DNA of 34,031 bases. Source: a virus. Taxonomy: Duplodnaviria; Caudoviricetes. The position numbers were made by a program, and so were the translations under genes. Each line of letters opens with the position of its first letter. Within the stretch, counting starts at the first letter, position 1. Shown piece after piece: positions 1 to 8,349 of the stretch. Where the stretch lies: positions 1 through 34,031 of the IMG/VR virus record IMGVR_UViG_3300034116_001151. One strand, 5' to 3'. A model generated the notes under the pieces. That model was not told the origin of the DNA and did not search any database. It worked only from the letters and a program-made list of their open reading frames with translations.

Positions 1-296
1 TTGTTTAGATTAGCATCGTGATTACCAGGAATAAGTAACACGGGACCGATGTCTGCCAAGTTTTTTAGAAATGTTTGAACCTCGTTTACAAGTTCTGGAG
101 TGACATCGGTCTTCGCGTGTACTATGTCGCCCGTCAGACAGATCAGGCTTTGTTTGTCGAAACTGTTCGCAACGTAATTGGTAAGTTTAGAGAAGACTCG
201 TCTGTACTCGTCGTGCCTCTTGAAATTTCGTATGTGTATGTCTGATATGTGGAAGATCCGTGTAAGGCTTCCTACGTTGTCGAAATATTTTATCAT
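1..296 (-). CDS. SbcD/Mre11-type metallophosphoesterase (recombination nuclease), N-terminal part; runs off the left edge
   Basis: Not in the ORF track. Manual translation from ATG at 296: MIKYFDNVGSLTRIFHISDIHIRNFKRHDEY...LICLTGDIVHAKT...LLIPGNHDANLN, containing the calcineurin-like motifs DxH, GD and GNHD. Lies directly downstream of the primase. Confidence 0.85.
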   Translation of the reverse strand, partial: MIKYFDNVGSLTRIFHISDIHIRNFKRHDEYRRVFSKLTNYVANSFDKQSLICLTGDIVHAKTDVTPELVNEVQTFLKNLADIGPVLLIPGNHDANLN

Positions 297-300
297 CTTG

Positions 301-1230
301 TTAATTCATTTTCATTCTTCTGAGCATTAATTCTCCGAATGTCAATGGTTTTGCTTTTTGTAATAATTCTGTCATGCTCGTAAATCCTAGATCAGAAGGG
401 TCTTTACCATCTAATTCTATTAGGTAAACCTCTTTTCCAAGATTAATCAACTGTTCTGAATAAGTAAGCGCTTCTTTTAGAGCGTCCTTATCAAGTGCCA
501 AATATACTGTTTTTACTTGAGATTCCACAAGTTTCAACATCAGTGCCTTTGTAATGCTCTTACCAAATAATGGAACAACGTTTCTTTTGATAGCAATTGC
601 GTCGAATATTCCTTCGCAAAGTATTACTGGTACTGACCAATTAACAAAGTACTCCATGCCTACTATTTCAGTCTTCTGAACAGATGGAGCGTCGTATTTT
701 TGATAAGGATCCTTTTCGAATGAGCGCGCAATAAAGTAGTTTACTTGTCCATTTTTATCGTAAGAAGGAACAATAACTCTATTTCTATAACGACCCTCTT
801 TGCAGTAACCAATGTTGTATTTGCGTACGTCAGATTCGTTGATGCCTCTATTTTTTAAGTACACAGCTGCGTGACGATACTCCAAAGATTTATCATTTTC
901 AGTCATTGAAATAAATTCTTTTGGCAAAAATACTCTTTCGATTTCTACTTCTTCTATCTTAGTTCTATCGTTTGAGAAATAGCTTTTCATTTCCAATAAT
1001 CTTGGCTTGTCTACCCCAAGCTTCTTAAATAAAGACACCGGCGTTTTTCCCTTAGTAGCAGGGTGACATGTCCAACAGTTGTATTGACCGGTTGAAATGT
1101 TGACTACCAATTTTGGTTTCTTATGATTGCAAATTGGGCAGTGGAATGAATGATCCTTCTTGTTTTTGTCAGGTTTTGATTTTCCCAACACAGATTCCAA
1201 AAGACCCAAAACTAATTGTTCGTTCTCCAT
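301..1230 (-). CDS. DnaG-type DNA primase (Zn-binding domain + TOPRIM)
   Basis: Zn ligands CPICNH and CWTC, YLKNRGI, RVIVP, TOPRIM CEGIFDA, LALDKD, and KDPSD. Start moved from 1287 to the MENEQ ATG at 1230 because the upstream extension looks like AT-rich intergenic DNA. Confidence 0.9.
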   Translation of the reverse strand: MENEQLVLGLLESVLGKSKPDKNKKDHSFHCPICNHKKPKLVVNISTGQYNCWTCHPATKGKTPVSLFKKLGVDKPRLLEMKSYFSNDRTKIEEVEIERVFLPKEFISMTENDKSLEYRHAAVYLKNRGINESDVRKYNIGYCKEGRYRNRVIVPSYDKNGQVNYFIARSFEKDPYQKYDAPSVQKTEIVGMEYFVNWSVPVILCEGIFDAIAIKRNVVPLFGKSITKALMLKLVESQVKTVYLALDKDALKEALTYSEQLINLGKEVYLIELDGKDPSDLGFTSMTELLQKAKPLTFGELMLRRMKMN

Positions 1231-1370
1231 GGATTGAATATACAAAAATCTTTTCGAATAAAAAAATTTAATCTTCGTTGAGTACACTTAGAACTTAAGT
1301 TTTTTATTGTCCGACAAAATAATTATTTTTAAAACCTTCTATAACAGGGGGGAAAAACTACAGCAGACAG

Positions 1371-1556
1371 ATGGATATAACTAAAATACTAAACACGCAG
1401 CAAGCAGAGAAAGAAACAGTAACAGAGGCAGAAATACAAGCATTGTATGTATATCTAAGTATGCAATTTCATGAAATGAATGATCAACAAAAACTGTTGT
1501 GGATAGAGACGATGAAGACATTGGACCCCGATTTTAATAATTTTGAAGATGATTAA
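1371..1556 (+). CDS. small hypothetical protein
   Basis: 61-aa ORF opening the plus-strand unit and overlapping the next gene. No recognisable motif. Confidence 0.6.
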   Translation: MDITKILNTQQAEKETVTEAEIQALYVYLSMQFHEMNDQQKLLWIETMKTLDPDFNNFEDD

Positions 1557-1845
1557 GATATACGTTTTGGAAGGTTGCGATAAATGTAAAAAATTAAAAT
1601 CTAACCTTGACTCTTTAAAACTTGAGTACGAAGAGATTCCTTGCGAACAGTACCCTAATATGTGTGATAACATAGAAGAAGTTACTGGAGTTGATTCCTA
1701 CCCAATGGTTAACTTAGACGGCAAAATACTATACATCGCTGAGAAGTATTCCAATATAGGCAAGGTAAAATCTATTACTGGAAACATTTCTACAGTAGGA
1801 ATGTACTCGATAGATAATATCATCGATGCGATTAAAAATTATTAA
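1549..1845 (+). CDS. glutaredoxin/thioredoxin-fold protein
   Basis: IKIYVLEGCDKCKKLK (CxxC) and a cis-Pro-like SYPMV motif. Start could be 1543 or 1549. Confidence 0.85.
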   Translation: MIKIYVLEGCDKCKKLKSNLDSLKLEYEEIPCEQYPNMCDNIEEVTGVDSYPMVNLDGKILYIAEKYSNIGKVKSITGNISTVGMYSIDNIIDAIKNY

Positions 1846-1854
1846 ATTAACAAT

Positions 1855-2031
1855 ATGAGATACAAACAATTAATTACTAAAAAATTAGGTGAGCTGATAA
1901 ACATGATCATGTACCAAAGCTCCCAAATTTCACAACTGCGTCCTCCACAAGAGCTAAAAGAGACCTTAGAAAAGATGCAAGACAAGATAAACGAGGTTCA
2001 ACATTTAATAGATACTGAACACGATTCTTAA
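1855..2031 (+). CDS. small coiled-coil hypothetical protein (58 aa, below the ORF-track cutoff)
   Basis: Manual translation MRYKQLITKKLGELINMIMYQSSQISQLRPPQELKETLEKMQDKINEVQHLIDTEHDS*. Fills the gap between two genes on the same strand. Confidence 0.7.
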   Translation: MRYKQLITKKLGELINMIMYQSSQISQLRPPQELKETLEKMQDKINEVQHLIDTEHDS

Positions 2032-2047
2032 TTAAAAAATAAAAGTT

Positions 2048-2680
2048 ATGAAAAAATTAACAGAAGAACAGATCCTAGAGAACTTACAAAAGTTTTACGG
2101 ATATATTGACAAGTACATTACCTCTGACAGGAAAGATGCCTTACTGGAATTTTATAAGAGTAGAGAAGTTACCTTAGCTATTAGTCCAGCATCCACCAAA
2201 TTAGCACATCACAACTGTTTTCCAGGAGGATACGTTGAACATGTTAATAGAGTAGTTGAAGCCTCTTTAGTTATGGATAAAGTATGGGAGCGCTTTGGTC
2301 AGAAGAAAGATTATACTATTGAAGAACTAGTATTCTCTGCAATTAATCATGACCTTGGTAAACTGGGCACTAATGAAGAGCCTTTCTATATTCCTAACGA
2401 TTCTTCATGGCATATAGAAAAGCAAGGAGCACACTTCAAATACAATGGTAAGATCACTCACATGAGAATTGCTGATCGTAGTTTATTCTATTTACAACAA
2501 GCAAACATAAGCGTTAGTGAAAATGAGTTCTTGGCAATTAAGTTACACGACGGTCTTTACGAAGAGGCCAATAAGTCTTATTACATTACTTATAGTGCTG
2601 ATTCTGAAATAAAATCTAATTTACCTTACATATTACATCAAGCCGATTTAATGGCTTCGAGAGTAGAAACACAAATTTAA
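2048..2680 (+). CDS. HD-domain metal-dependent phosphohydrolase
   Basis: HHNCFPGGYVEH, NHDLGK, LHDG and HQAD give the full H...HD...H...D pattern, resembling YhaM-type HD domains. Confidence 0.85.
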   Translation: MKKLTEEQILENLQKFYGYIDKYITSDRKDALLEFYKSREVTLAISPASTKLAHHNCFPGGYVEHVNRVVEASLVMDKVWERFGQKKDYTIEELVFSAINHDLGKLGTNEEPFYIPNDSSWHIEKQGAHFKYNGKITHMRIADRSLFYLQQANISVSENEFLAIKLHDGLYEEANKSYYITYSADSEIKSNLPYILHQADLMASRVETQI

Positions 2681-2681
2681 A

Positions 2682-2954
2682 ATGACTGGAATAATCGCAA
2701 TCATATTATGGTTCGCCACAATTTTTGGCGCTATGGTATACAATCTTTACAGAAAAAATAAACGTTTAGAAGAGATAGTACTTAACCAAAGTAGCTTCGT
2801 TAACGATACGTTGTCTATAATGGACGACTTCAATGCTCTAGTAAATAAAATAGACATGACAATGTGGGTTCAATCTGACCCAGAATTATTACAATTATTT
2901 GAAACTATAAAAGCAGTCCAAGCTAGAGTTCAACAATTTACAGGAAGAAAATAA
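2682..2954 (+). CDS. small membrane-anchored protein
   Basis: N-terminal hydrophobic helix GIIAIILWFATIFGAMVY, then a basic patch and an amphipathic helical tail. Confidence 0.65.
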   Translation: MTGIIAIILWFATIFGAMVYNLYRKNKRLEEIVLNQSSFVNDTLSIMDDFNALVNKIDMTMWVQSDPELLQLFETIKAVQARVQQFTGRK

Positions 2955-2955
2955 T

Positions 2956-3714
2956 ATGGCAGAAGATATACTTGTGGAACAGGAACCGGATATGGGTCTT
3001 ACCATAAAAGGTACACCCAGAATTAGAAAGCCAAAAACAAAAAATGTTTACTTCACTTCGGAAACTGAGGAAGCTATTTTAAGATATCGTGCTGCGCCTA
3101 ATCAAGCTTTAGCAAATCAAATATATAATAAAGAGATTCACTACGCTTTTTATAAATTAGCCGAGAATATTATCCATACTTTTAAATTCTATTACACAGA
3201 AGTAGATAATATAGAAGATCTTAAGTTTGAAGTCATATCTTTCCTTTTACAAAAATTACACCTTTACGATCAATCAAAAGGTAAAGCGTATTCTTATTTT
3301 GGTACCATTGCAAAGAGATATCTAATCATTTATAATCAAAAGAATTATAAGAAAATGATCTCTAAGGTGCAAGTAGAAGAGATAGATAACGCAGAAAAAA
3401 CTCATGAAACTTTAGTTCTTGAGGCTGAATCATCTGATATTAATAGAGTCTCTGTTATAGATCAATTCATAAAGCACGTCGACGATAACTTAGCCACATT
3501 ATTTGACAAAGACGGCGAGATTAGGGTTGCAGATGCCATCTTAGAGGTGTTCAAAAAGAGAGAAAACATAGACATTTTCAATAAGAAAGCTCTATTCATA
3601 TACATAAAAGAGATCACGGACTGTCAGTCAAATACCATTACAAAGGTGATCAAAAAGCTAAAAGTAGTATACAAGGAAGTGTTGGATCATCACATTGAAA
3701 ACGTTGACCAGTAA
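2956..3714 (+). CDS. phage RNA polymerase sigma-like factor (T4 gp55-like, probable late sigma)
   Basis: Sigma region-2-like segment FYKLAENII...EDLKFEVISFLLQKLHLYDQSKGKAYSYFGTIAKRYLI. Lies just upstream of the structural genes. Confidence 0.7.
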   Translation: MAEDILVEQEPDMGLTIKGTPRIRKPKTKNVYFTSETEEAILRYRAAPNQALANQIYNKEIHYAFYKLAENIIHTFKFYYTEVDNIEDLKFEVISFLLQKLHLYDQSKGKAYSYFGTIAKRYLIIYNQKNYKKMISKVQVEEIDNAEKTHETLVLEAESSDINRVSVIDQFIKHVDDNLATLFDKDGEIRVADAILEVFKKRENIDIFNKKALFIYIKEITDCQSNTITKVIKKLKVVYKEVLDHHIENVDQ

Positions 3715-3721
3715 TATTTAT
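3714..3721 (+). promoter_or_regulatory. ATATTTAT motif, candidate late promoter element
   Basis: The same octamer occurs in short intergenic gaps just upstream of five plus-strand ATGs. Here it is 12 nt before the ATG at 3734. Confidence 0.55.
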
Positions 3722-3733
3722 TTAAAAATTAGT

Positions 3734-4090
3734 ATGGAACTTGAAAAAGAAATCTTCCCTGGCAAGACTTTGGCGCATTTGGTGGAAGAGGTATACAACA
3801 AGCACAAGTCTCAGGACTCAACAATAAAATCAGAGATATTACGTTTGGCAGATATGATTGAAGGCCCTGGTGATGCTATCGTTTTGGTACCCATGATCAA
3901 GGGCTTATTAGATTCTAGCCTTAAGAACGACGAAGTTTTGATGAAAATACTTAGTGCTTTCCAAAAGTCCGCGGATGCAAAAGACAAATCTGTTGAAGAT
4001 GGAGGACTTTTAAGCGAGAAAGATATAGAGCAATTAATGAGCGAGGTAACTTCAATAGGAAACGGAGCTAAACAATTACCAAAAGCATAA
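3734..4090 (+). CDS. hypothetical helical phage protein
   Basis: ATG at 3734 (MELEKEIF) follows the ATATTTAT motif. TAATG-coupled to the next gene. Confidence 0.7.
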   Translation: MELEKEIFPGKTLAHLVEEVYNKHKSQDSTIKSEILRLADMIEGPGDAIVLVPMIKGLLDSSLKNDEVLMKILSAFQKSADAKDKSVEDGGLLSEKDIEQLMSEVTSIGNGAKQLPKA

Positions 4091-5013
4091 TGGGGGACAA
4101 TTACAAAACAGGAAGATCGCAAGGATCAAACGCTGCAACTTCTGGCTTTTTCTATGTTATAGGAAGGGTTAAAAGTATTGTATTGTCTGATTTAATAGAA
4201 GGAACTAAAAATGCAAATCCTGATTTTAAAGGCTTTGGAGATATTGGTAAAATAAGTTACGAAGTTTTATACTCTAGTTTGACTACAAGTAAGAACAAAA
4301 ACATTAGCGACTACGCATATCCTTTCTTTAGTTTTATTAATCAGTATCCACTGGTAAACGAAATAGTAATAATATTTCCTGGGCCTAGTGAAAGTCTAAA
4401 CGACGATTTTCAATCAAAGCAGTTATTCTATTTTCCTCCTTATAACCTTTGGAAATTTAATCCCAATCATAGCGCTTTTCCAAATATGTTAGAGTACCAA
4501 CAATTTTTATTGGACTACTACGCTTCTCATCCAGATATATCAGGTCAAGGCGATACTAACTTGGAATTATTTTTGGGAGAGTATTTTAAAGAGACAAATA
4601 AGGTTAGAAAGCTAAAACCTTTTGAAGGCGATATTATATTAGAATCTCGTTTTGGACAATCGGTAAGATTTGGAAGTACAACTTCAAAAATAAAAACATC
4701 TAATTATTGGTCAAGCCAAGGCGCCCAAGGAAGTCCAATAACAATGATAATAAATGGTCAAGGCGCTCCCGAAAATACAAAAGACGCATTCGCTCCTACA
4801 TTGGAAAATATAAATAGGGACTTGTCTTCTATATATTTAACAAAAGATCAACAAGTAGTAATAGAAGATTTGAATAATTTTGACTTTAGATCTTTTCGTG
4901 GAATTGATACTCAAGCTCAAGAGAGAACAGACAATGTAAGAATATCTAATCCACCTATAATATCTAACGAAGAGGTAGACGCAAATACTCAAGATAAAAA
5001 CGCAATAGGATAA
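4090..5013 (+). CDS. baseplate hub/spike protein, gp5-like N-terminal (OB-fold-like) portion
   Basis: GRVKSIV...GKISYE...YPLVNEIVII pattern of gp5/gpV OB folds, then beta-repeat-like EGDIILESRFGQSVRFGS. Upstream of gp25. Confidence 0.6.
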   Translation: MGDNYKTGRSQGSNAATSGFFYVIGRVKSIVLSDLIEGTKNANPDFKGFGDIGKISYEVLYSSLTTSKNKNISDYAYPFFSFINQYPLVNEIVIIFPGPSESLNDDFQSKQLFYFPPYNLWKFNPNHSAFPNMLEYQQFLLDYYASHPDISGQGDTNLELFLGEYFKETNKVRKLKPFEGDIILESRFGQSVRFGSTTSKIKTSNYWSSQGAQGSPITMIINGQGAPENTKDAFAPTLENINRDLSSIYLTKDQQVVIEDLNNFDFRSFRGIDTQAQERTDNVRISNPPIISNEEVDANTQDKNAIG

Positions 5014-5014
5014 T

Positions 5015-5449
5015 ATGATAGATAAATTAGAATTTCCATTTACTGGCCCACAGGTAATTTTATCTTCAGATAGAATTTTATTACACTCTAAAAAAGATGC
5101 AATAATTCTTGCAGGAAAAAGAGCGGTATCTTTGTGCTCTACAGAAACTATTAATCTAGACGCAAAAGAAAAAATTATATTGGATTCTGACATAGTTGAA
5201 TTAGGCCACGAGGCTCGAGCGTTAGGAGAAAGTTTGGTTTTAGGAAATAGTCTAGTTCTTCAATTAACTTTATTTTCAGCGGCATTACAAGAAATAGGAA
5301 GAAACTTGGGAAGAGTTGGAGAGAATAAGGAAAATATAGCCAGATCTATAACGGTAATAAAAAATCAAGGTTTAGAACTACAGGCCGCTGCTACTCAATT
5401 AGAAAATTCTTTACAAACTGTGCTTTCTCAAAATACATTCACAAGATAG
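5015..5449 (+). CDS. baseplate spike-like protein (gp5/gpV C-terminal beta-helix-like portion)
   Basis: Short beta repeats QVILSSDRILLHSKKDAIILAGKRAVSLCSTETINLDAKEKIILDSDIVELG, then ESLVLGN and a helical tail. Confidence 0.55.
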   Translation: MIDKLEFPFTGPQVILSSDRILLHSKKDAIILAGKRAVSLCSTETINLDAKEKIILDSDIVELGHEARALGESLVLGNSLVLQLTLFSAALQEIGRNLGRVGENKENIARSITVIKNQGLELQAAATQLENSLQTVLSQNTFTR

Positions 5450-7423
5450 ATGGCGAATACTCCTAACTACGACGCTAGACAAAAAAGGCAAGAAGCAAGA
5501 CAGCAAGAAAGAGCTGATTTTAGACAGCAGACTAGGGCTAATCAGGCTAATGTAAAAAGAGAAGCAGGAGAAAGGGGAGCTGACTATATAGAATCTGCTG
5601 CATCTGGTAATCAAGCAGATCAGTTAGCTACGACATTTAATTTACAGCAATTAATTCCCGACGAAGATCTTTCTACAGGTTTGGAAAGAATAACTGGTAT
5701 TATTTCTAAAGCGATTATCGGCATAAAAAAGGGAATTTCTAAAATATTTTACGGGAAACCATCGAATCCTAATGCTGTATTTCCAAATCCATTGGACATG
5801 GGATTGGTTAAGATTTTAAACTTAATAGCTAGTATAGATTTCTGTGCTATATTCAGTTTTGCAGCAAATCAAATACCTGATAACTTACAAAAATTTGATC
5901 CTAAGAAAGCTCCACCGCCAACTGCTGGATCTTTGGAAAAGAAGAAATTCCAAATACAAAAGCTAGCTTACGAAATACAAACATACATAGATAAATTTAT
6001 GGCTCTTTATGCAGGATCTACGACTGTATCTAGTTTCATATCTAATAATCCTCAAACTCAAAGAGAATTAAAAAATCTTATAGCGCAAGTTACTTCAATA
6101 TTAGAAGATCTAAACGACGTAAATTCTTCTGCTTCATTAGTAGATCCAGAATTCTCTCAAGCTTTTCCTCAAGCAATTATAACTAGCAATTTTATAACTA
6201 ACGCAATAGGTTCTTTAAATAGAAAAATAGATTTAAGAACTTTTACAGACGCTGATTTTACAACTACTATAGACACTATTAATAAAATTAGATCTGTGTG
6301 TATAGTTATTCAAGCTTACAACGATCCTAAATCAGTTTTACAACAAATAGATACACTAACAAAAGGAAAAATTAGCGAAGCACTAAGAAACTTTGATAAA
6401 ATATTAGACCCTAAAAAAGCTGTTCCTTTTGTAAATTCAATAATAAAAACAGTAAAATCGATAGTTAAGATTATAGCGAGTATAATCAAATACATCTCTT
6501 TGTTACAATTGGTAATTAGAGTATCGTTACTATTGATAAAGATATTCTACAAATTAAGAGCTTTTTTCTTTGGAATTCCAGTACCTCAAGTATTCAATAC
6601 AGTTGGAGTGCAAACAGCTATATCTGCCACTTACGAAGATATAATAATGAACTCAGGTTTGGTCTATTTCTTAAAAAGAGTGGCACAGATAAACGAAATT
6701 CTTACTTTAATTAGAAGCCTTTGTGCTTACATACTAAACAACGTAGTTATAATAATTCCTAAATTGGAATTGATAGCAAGAAATTTAAATAGCTGCGACA
6801 GTTGTGACGAGGATTTAAAAGCAGATTTGAATAACACAATACAGGAATTGAAAGAGGGAGCAGACGCACTTCAAAAATATATGGACGATTTTTATAGCGC
6901 TGAGAATAACAAGAGCAAGACTTATGGAGACTTCACTATAGAAATATTAACAGAAGAAACAACCGATCAAGCTTTGACTATAAAAAGAAGATTTGGTATT
7001 GGTTTGGATAAAAACAAGACAAAGGTAGTTCAGTCTACTCCTACTTATGCTTCCGACGATACCATTATAATAAATGAAGTTAAGTTGTTATTGAGCGCTG
7101 GAGGCTATACCAATAAGTCTGTCACTGGAATGAATCCTTCTGATCTAGTTATCTTAATAGAAGCGTCGGCAAACCTAGGAGATCCAGATATAACAATAGA
7201 CGATTTAGACGTTACTTCTATTCTTAATAGCGGATTGGACGATCCTGATAACGAAAATGAAGAGAATGGATTGGGTCTTAATGCCTTTGCAAACAACCTT
7301 CCAGGAGGTAAAAAATTAAGGAAAAGAATGAGAAAGTTAATGGCAGCTTCAATGGAAAATTTAAAAACAGATTTAAAGAGCACTGACCCTGGGCAAAAAT
7401 ATAGTTCAGGTATAGTACGTTAA
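5450..7423 (+). CDS. large helical virion-associated protein with hydrophobic segments
   Basis: 657-aa ORF inside the baseplate module. Charged N-terminus, a long hydrophobic/amphipathic stretch IVKIIASIIKYISLLQLVIRVSLLLIKIFYKLRAFFFGIP, and a CDSC motif. Confidence 0.55.
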   Translation: MANTPNYDARQKRQEARQQERADFRQQTRANQANVKREAGERGADYIESAASGNQADQLATTFNLQQLIPDEDLSTGLERITGIISKAIIGIKKGISKIFYGKPSNPNAVFPNPLDMGLVKILNLIASIDFCAIFSFAANQIPDNLQKFDPKKAPPPTAGSLEKKKFQIQKLAYEIQTYIDKFMALYAGSTTVSSFISNNPQTQRELKNLIAQVTSILEDLNDVNSSASLVDPEFSQAFPQAIITSNFITNAIGSLNRKIDLRTFTDADFTTTIDTINKIRSVCIVIQAYNDPKSVLQQIDTLTKGKISEALRNFDKILDPKKAVPFVNSIIKTVKSIVKIIASIIKYISLLQLVIRVSLLLIKIFYKLRAFFFGIPVPQVFNTVGVQTAISATYEDIIMNSGLVYFLKRVAQINEILTLIRSLCAYILNNVVIIIPKLELIARNLNSCDSCDEDLKADLNNTIQELKEGADALQKYMDDFYSAENNKSKTYGDFTIEILTEETTDQALTIKRRFGIGLDKNKTKVVQSTPTYASDDTIIINEVKLLLSAGGYTNKSVTGMNPSDLVILIEASANLGDPDITIDDLDVTSILNSGLDDPDNENEENGLGLNAFANNLPGGKKLRKRMRKLMAASMENLKTDLKSTDPGQKYSSGIVR

Positions 7424-7447
7424 TTAAAAAGAAAGTATCATAAACCA

Positions 7448-7455
7448 ATATTTAT
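7448..7455 (+). promoter_or_regulatory. ATATTTAT motif, candidate late promoter element
   Basis: In the 37-nt intergenic gap, 5 nt before the ATG at 7461. Confidence 0.55.
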
Positions 7456-7460
7456 AGGAT

Positions 7461-7934
7461 ATGGCAAAGACGAATCAAGTAGATTTACTAAGAAAATTAA
7501 TAAGGGAAGAGGTTGCTAACGCAATCCGCCAAGAAATGCCTACCATTTTAAAAGAGATTCAATCCTCAAGCACTACTAAAGAGGTTATAAAAGAATCTAA
7601 GAAGGTAAAACCAACCTTACCAGGCACACTGAATTCACGACCAATGCGTCCCAACCCTAACTTCGCTGGCAATCCTTTGGCAAACATGCTAAACGAGACT
7701 GCTATGACAATGGGTGATATGGACGACATGTCTTTTAATACTTCGGACATTGGACCTGACTCCATAGGAATAGACCCAACAAGCTTCTTTCAACCAAAAC
7801 AAGTGGCTGTAGGAGACGTTAACGGTATGTTAGCAACAGCAAGACCAAGTTCTGACCCAAGTATGGTACAGATAAACGAGGTACCAGACTTTTCGGATTT
7901 AATGAGCAAATTAAAAGCTAAAGGCGCTATATAA
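7461..7934 (+). CDS. hypothetical phage protein
   Basis: 157-aa ORF with an N-terminal LRKLIREEV helix. TAATG-coupled to the gp25-like gene. Confidence 0.7.
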   Translation: MAKTNQVDLLRKLIREEVANAIRQEMPTILKEIQSSSTTKEVIKESKKVKPTLPGTLNSRPMRPNPNFAGNPLANMLNETAMTMGDMDDMSFNTSDIGPDSIGIDPTSFFQPKQVAVGDVNGMLATARPSSDPSMVQINEVPDFSDLMSKLKAKGAI

Positions 7935-8347
7935 TGGCATACAACTTAAGACAAATATCGCAAGACGATTTGAGACCTTCTCAAGCAATAGGTGTAAAAA
8001 TCCCATTTTCTGCTCCTATAGCATTTGCTTCTGTGTACAGTACAAAAGAACAGACCAAGTATAATTTGATAAACTTCTTATTGACCGATAGAAGAGAGAG
8101 ACCTTTTAACCCCACTTTTGGAGCAGGTTTAAGATCTAGATTATTCGAACAAATAGCTCAATCCTCTTTAGAAGACATAAAACAGTCTTTAATATCTCAG
8201 ATAGAGAACAACTTTCCTAATGTTTCTATATCCGATCTAAATGTTAACGGAGATCCTAATACTAGTTCTATAAGAATAAAATTTAGTTATACATTAAAAA
8301 GCTCTAAAGAAACAGACGGTGTAGTATTAGAAATACAAAACGCTTAA
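7934..8347 (+). CDS. baseplate wedge / sheath initiator, gp25 (GPW/gp25) family
   Basis: NLINFLLTDRRERPFNPTFGAGLRSRLFE is the gp25-family signature. Confidence 0.9.
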   Translation: MAYNLRQISQDDLRPSQAIGVKIPFSAPIAFASVYSTKEQTKYNLINFLLTDRRERPFNPTFGAGLRSRLFEQIAQSSLEDIKQSLISQIENNFPNVSISDLNVNGDPNTSSIRIKFSYTLKSSKETDGVVLEIQNA

Positions 8348-8349
8348 TT

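Noticed and set aside
1231-1370. Replication origin or defined promoter in the divergent AT-rich gap (short palindromes AACTTAAGTT and TTGTCCGACAA, a G6 run)
   Set aside because: Divergent promoters probably lie here, but no iterons or convincing consensus could be identified, and such short palindromes are expected by chance.
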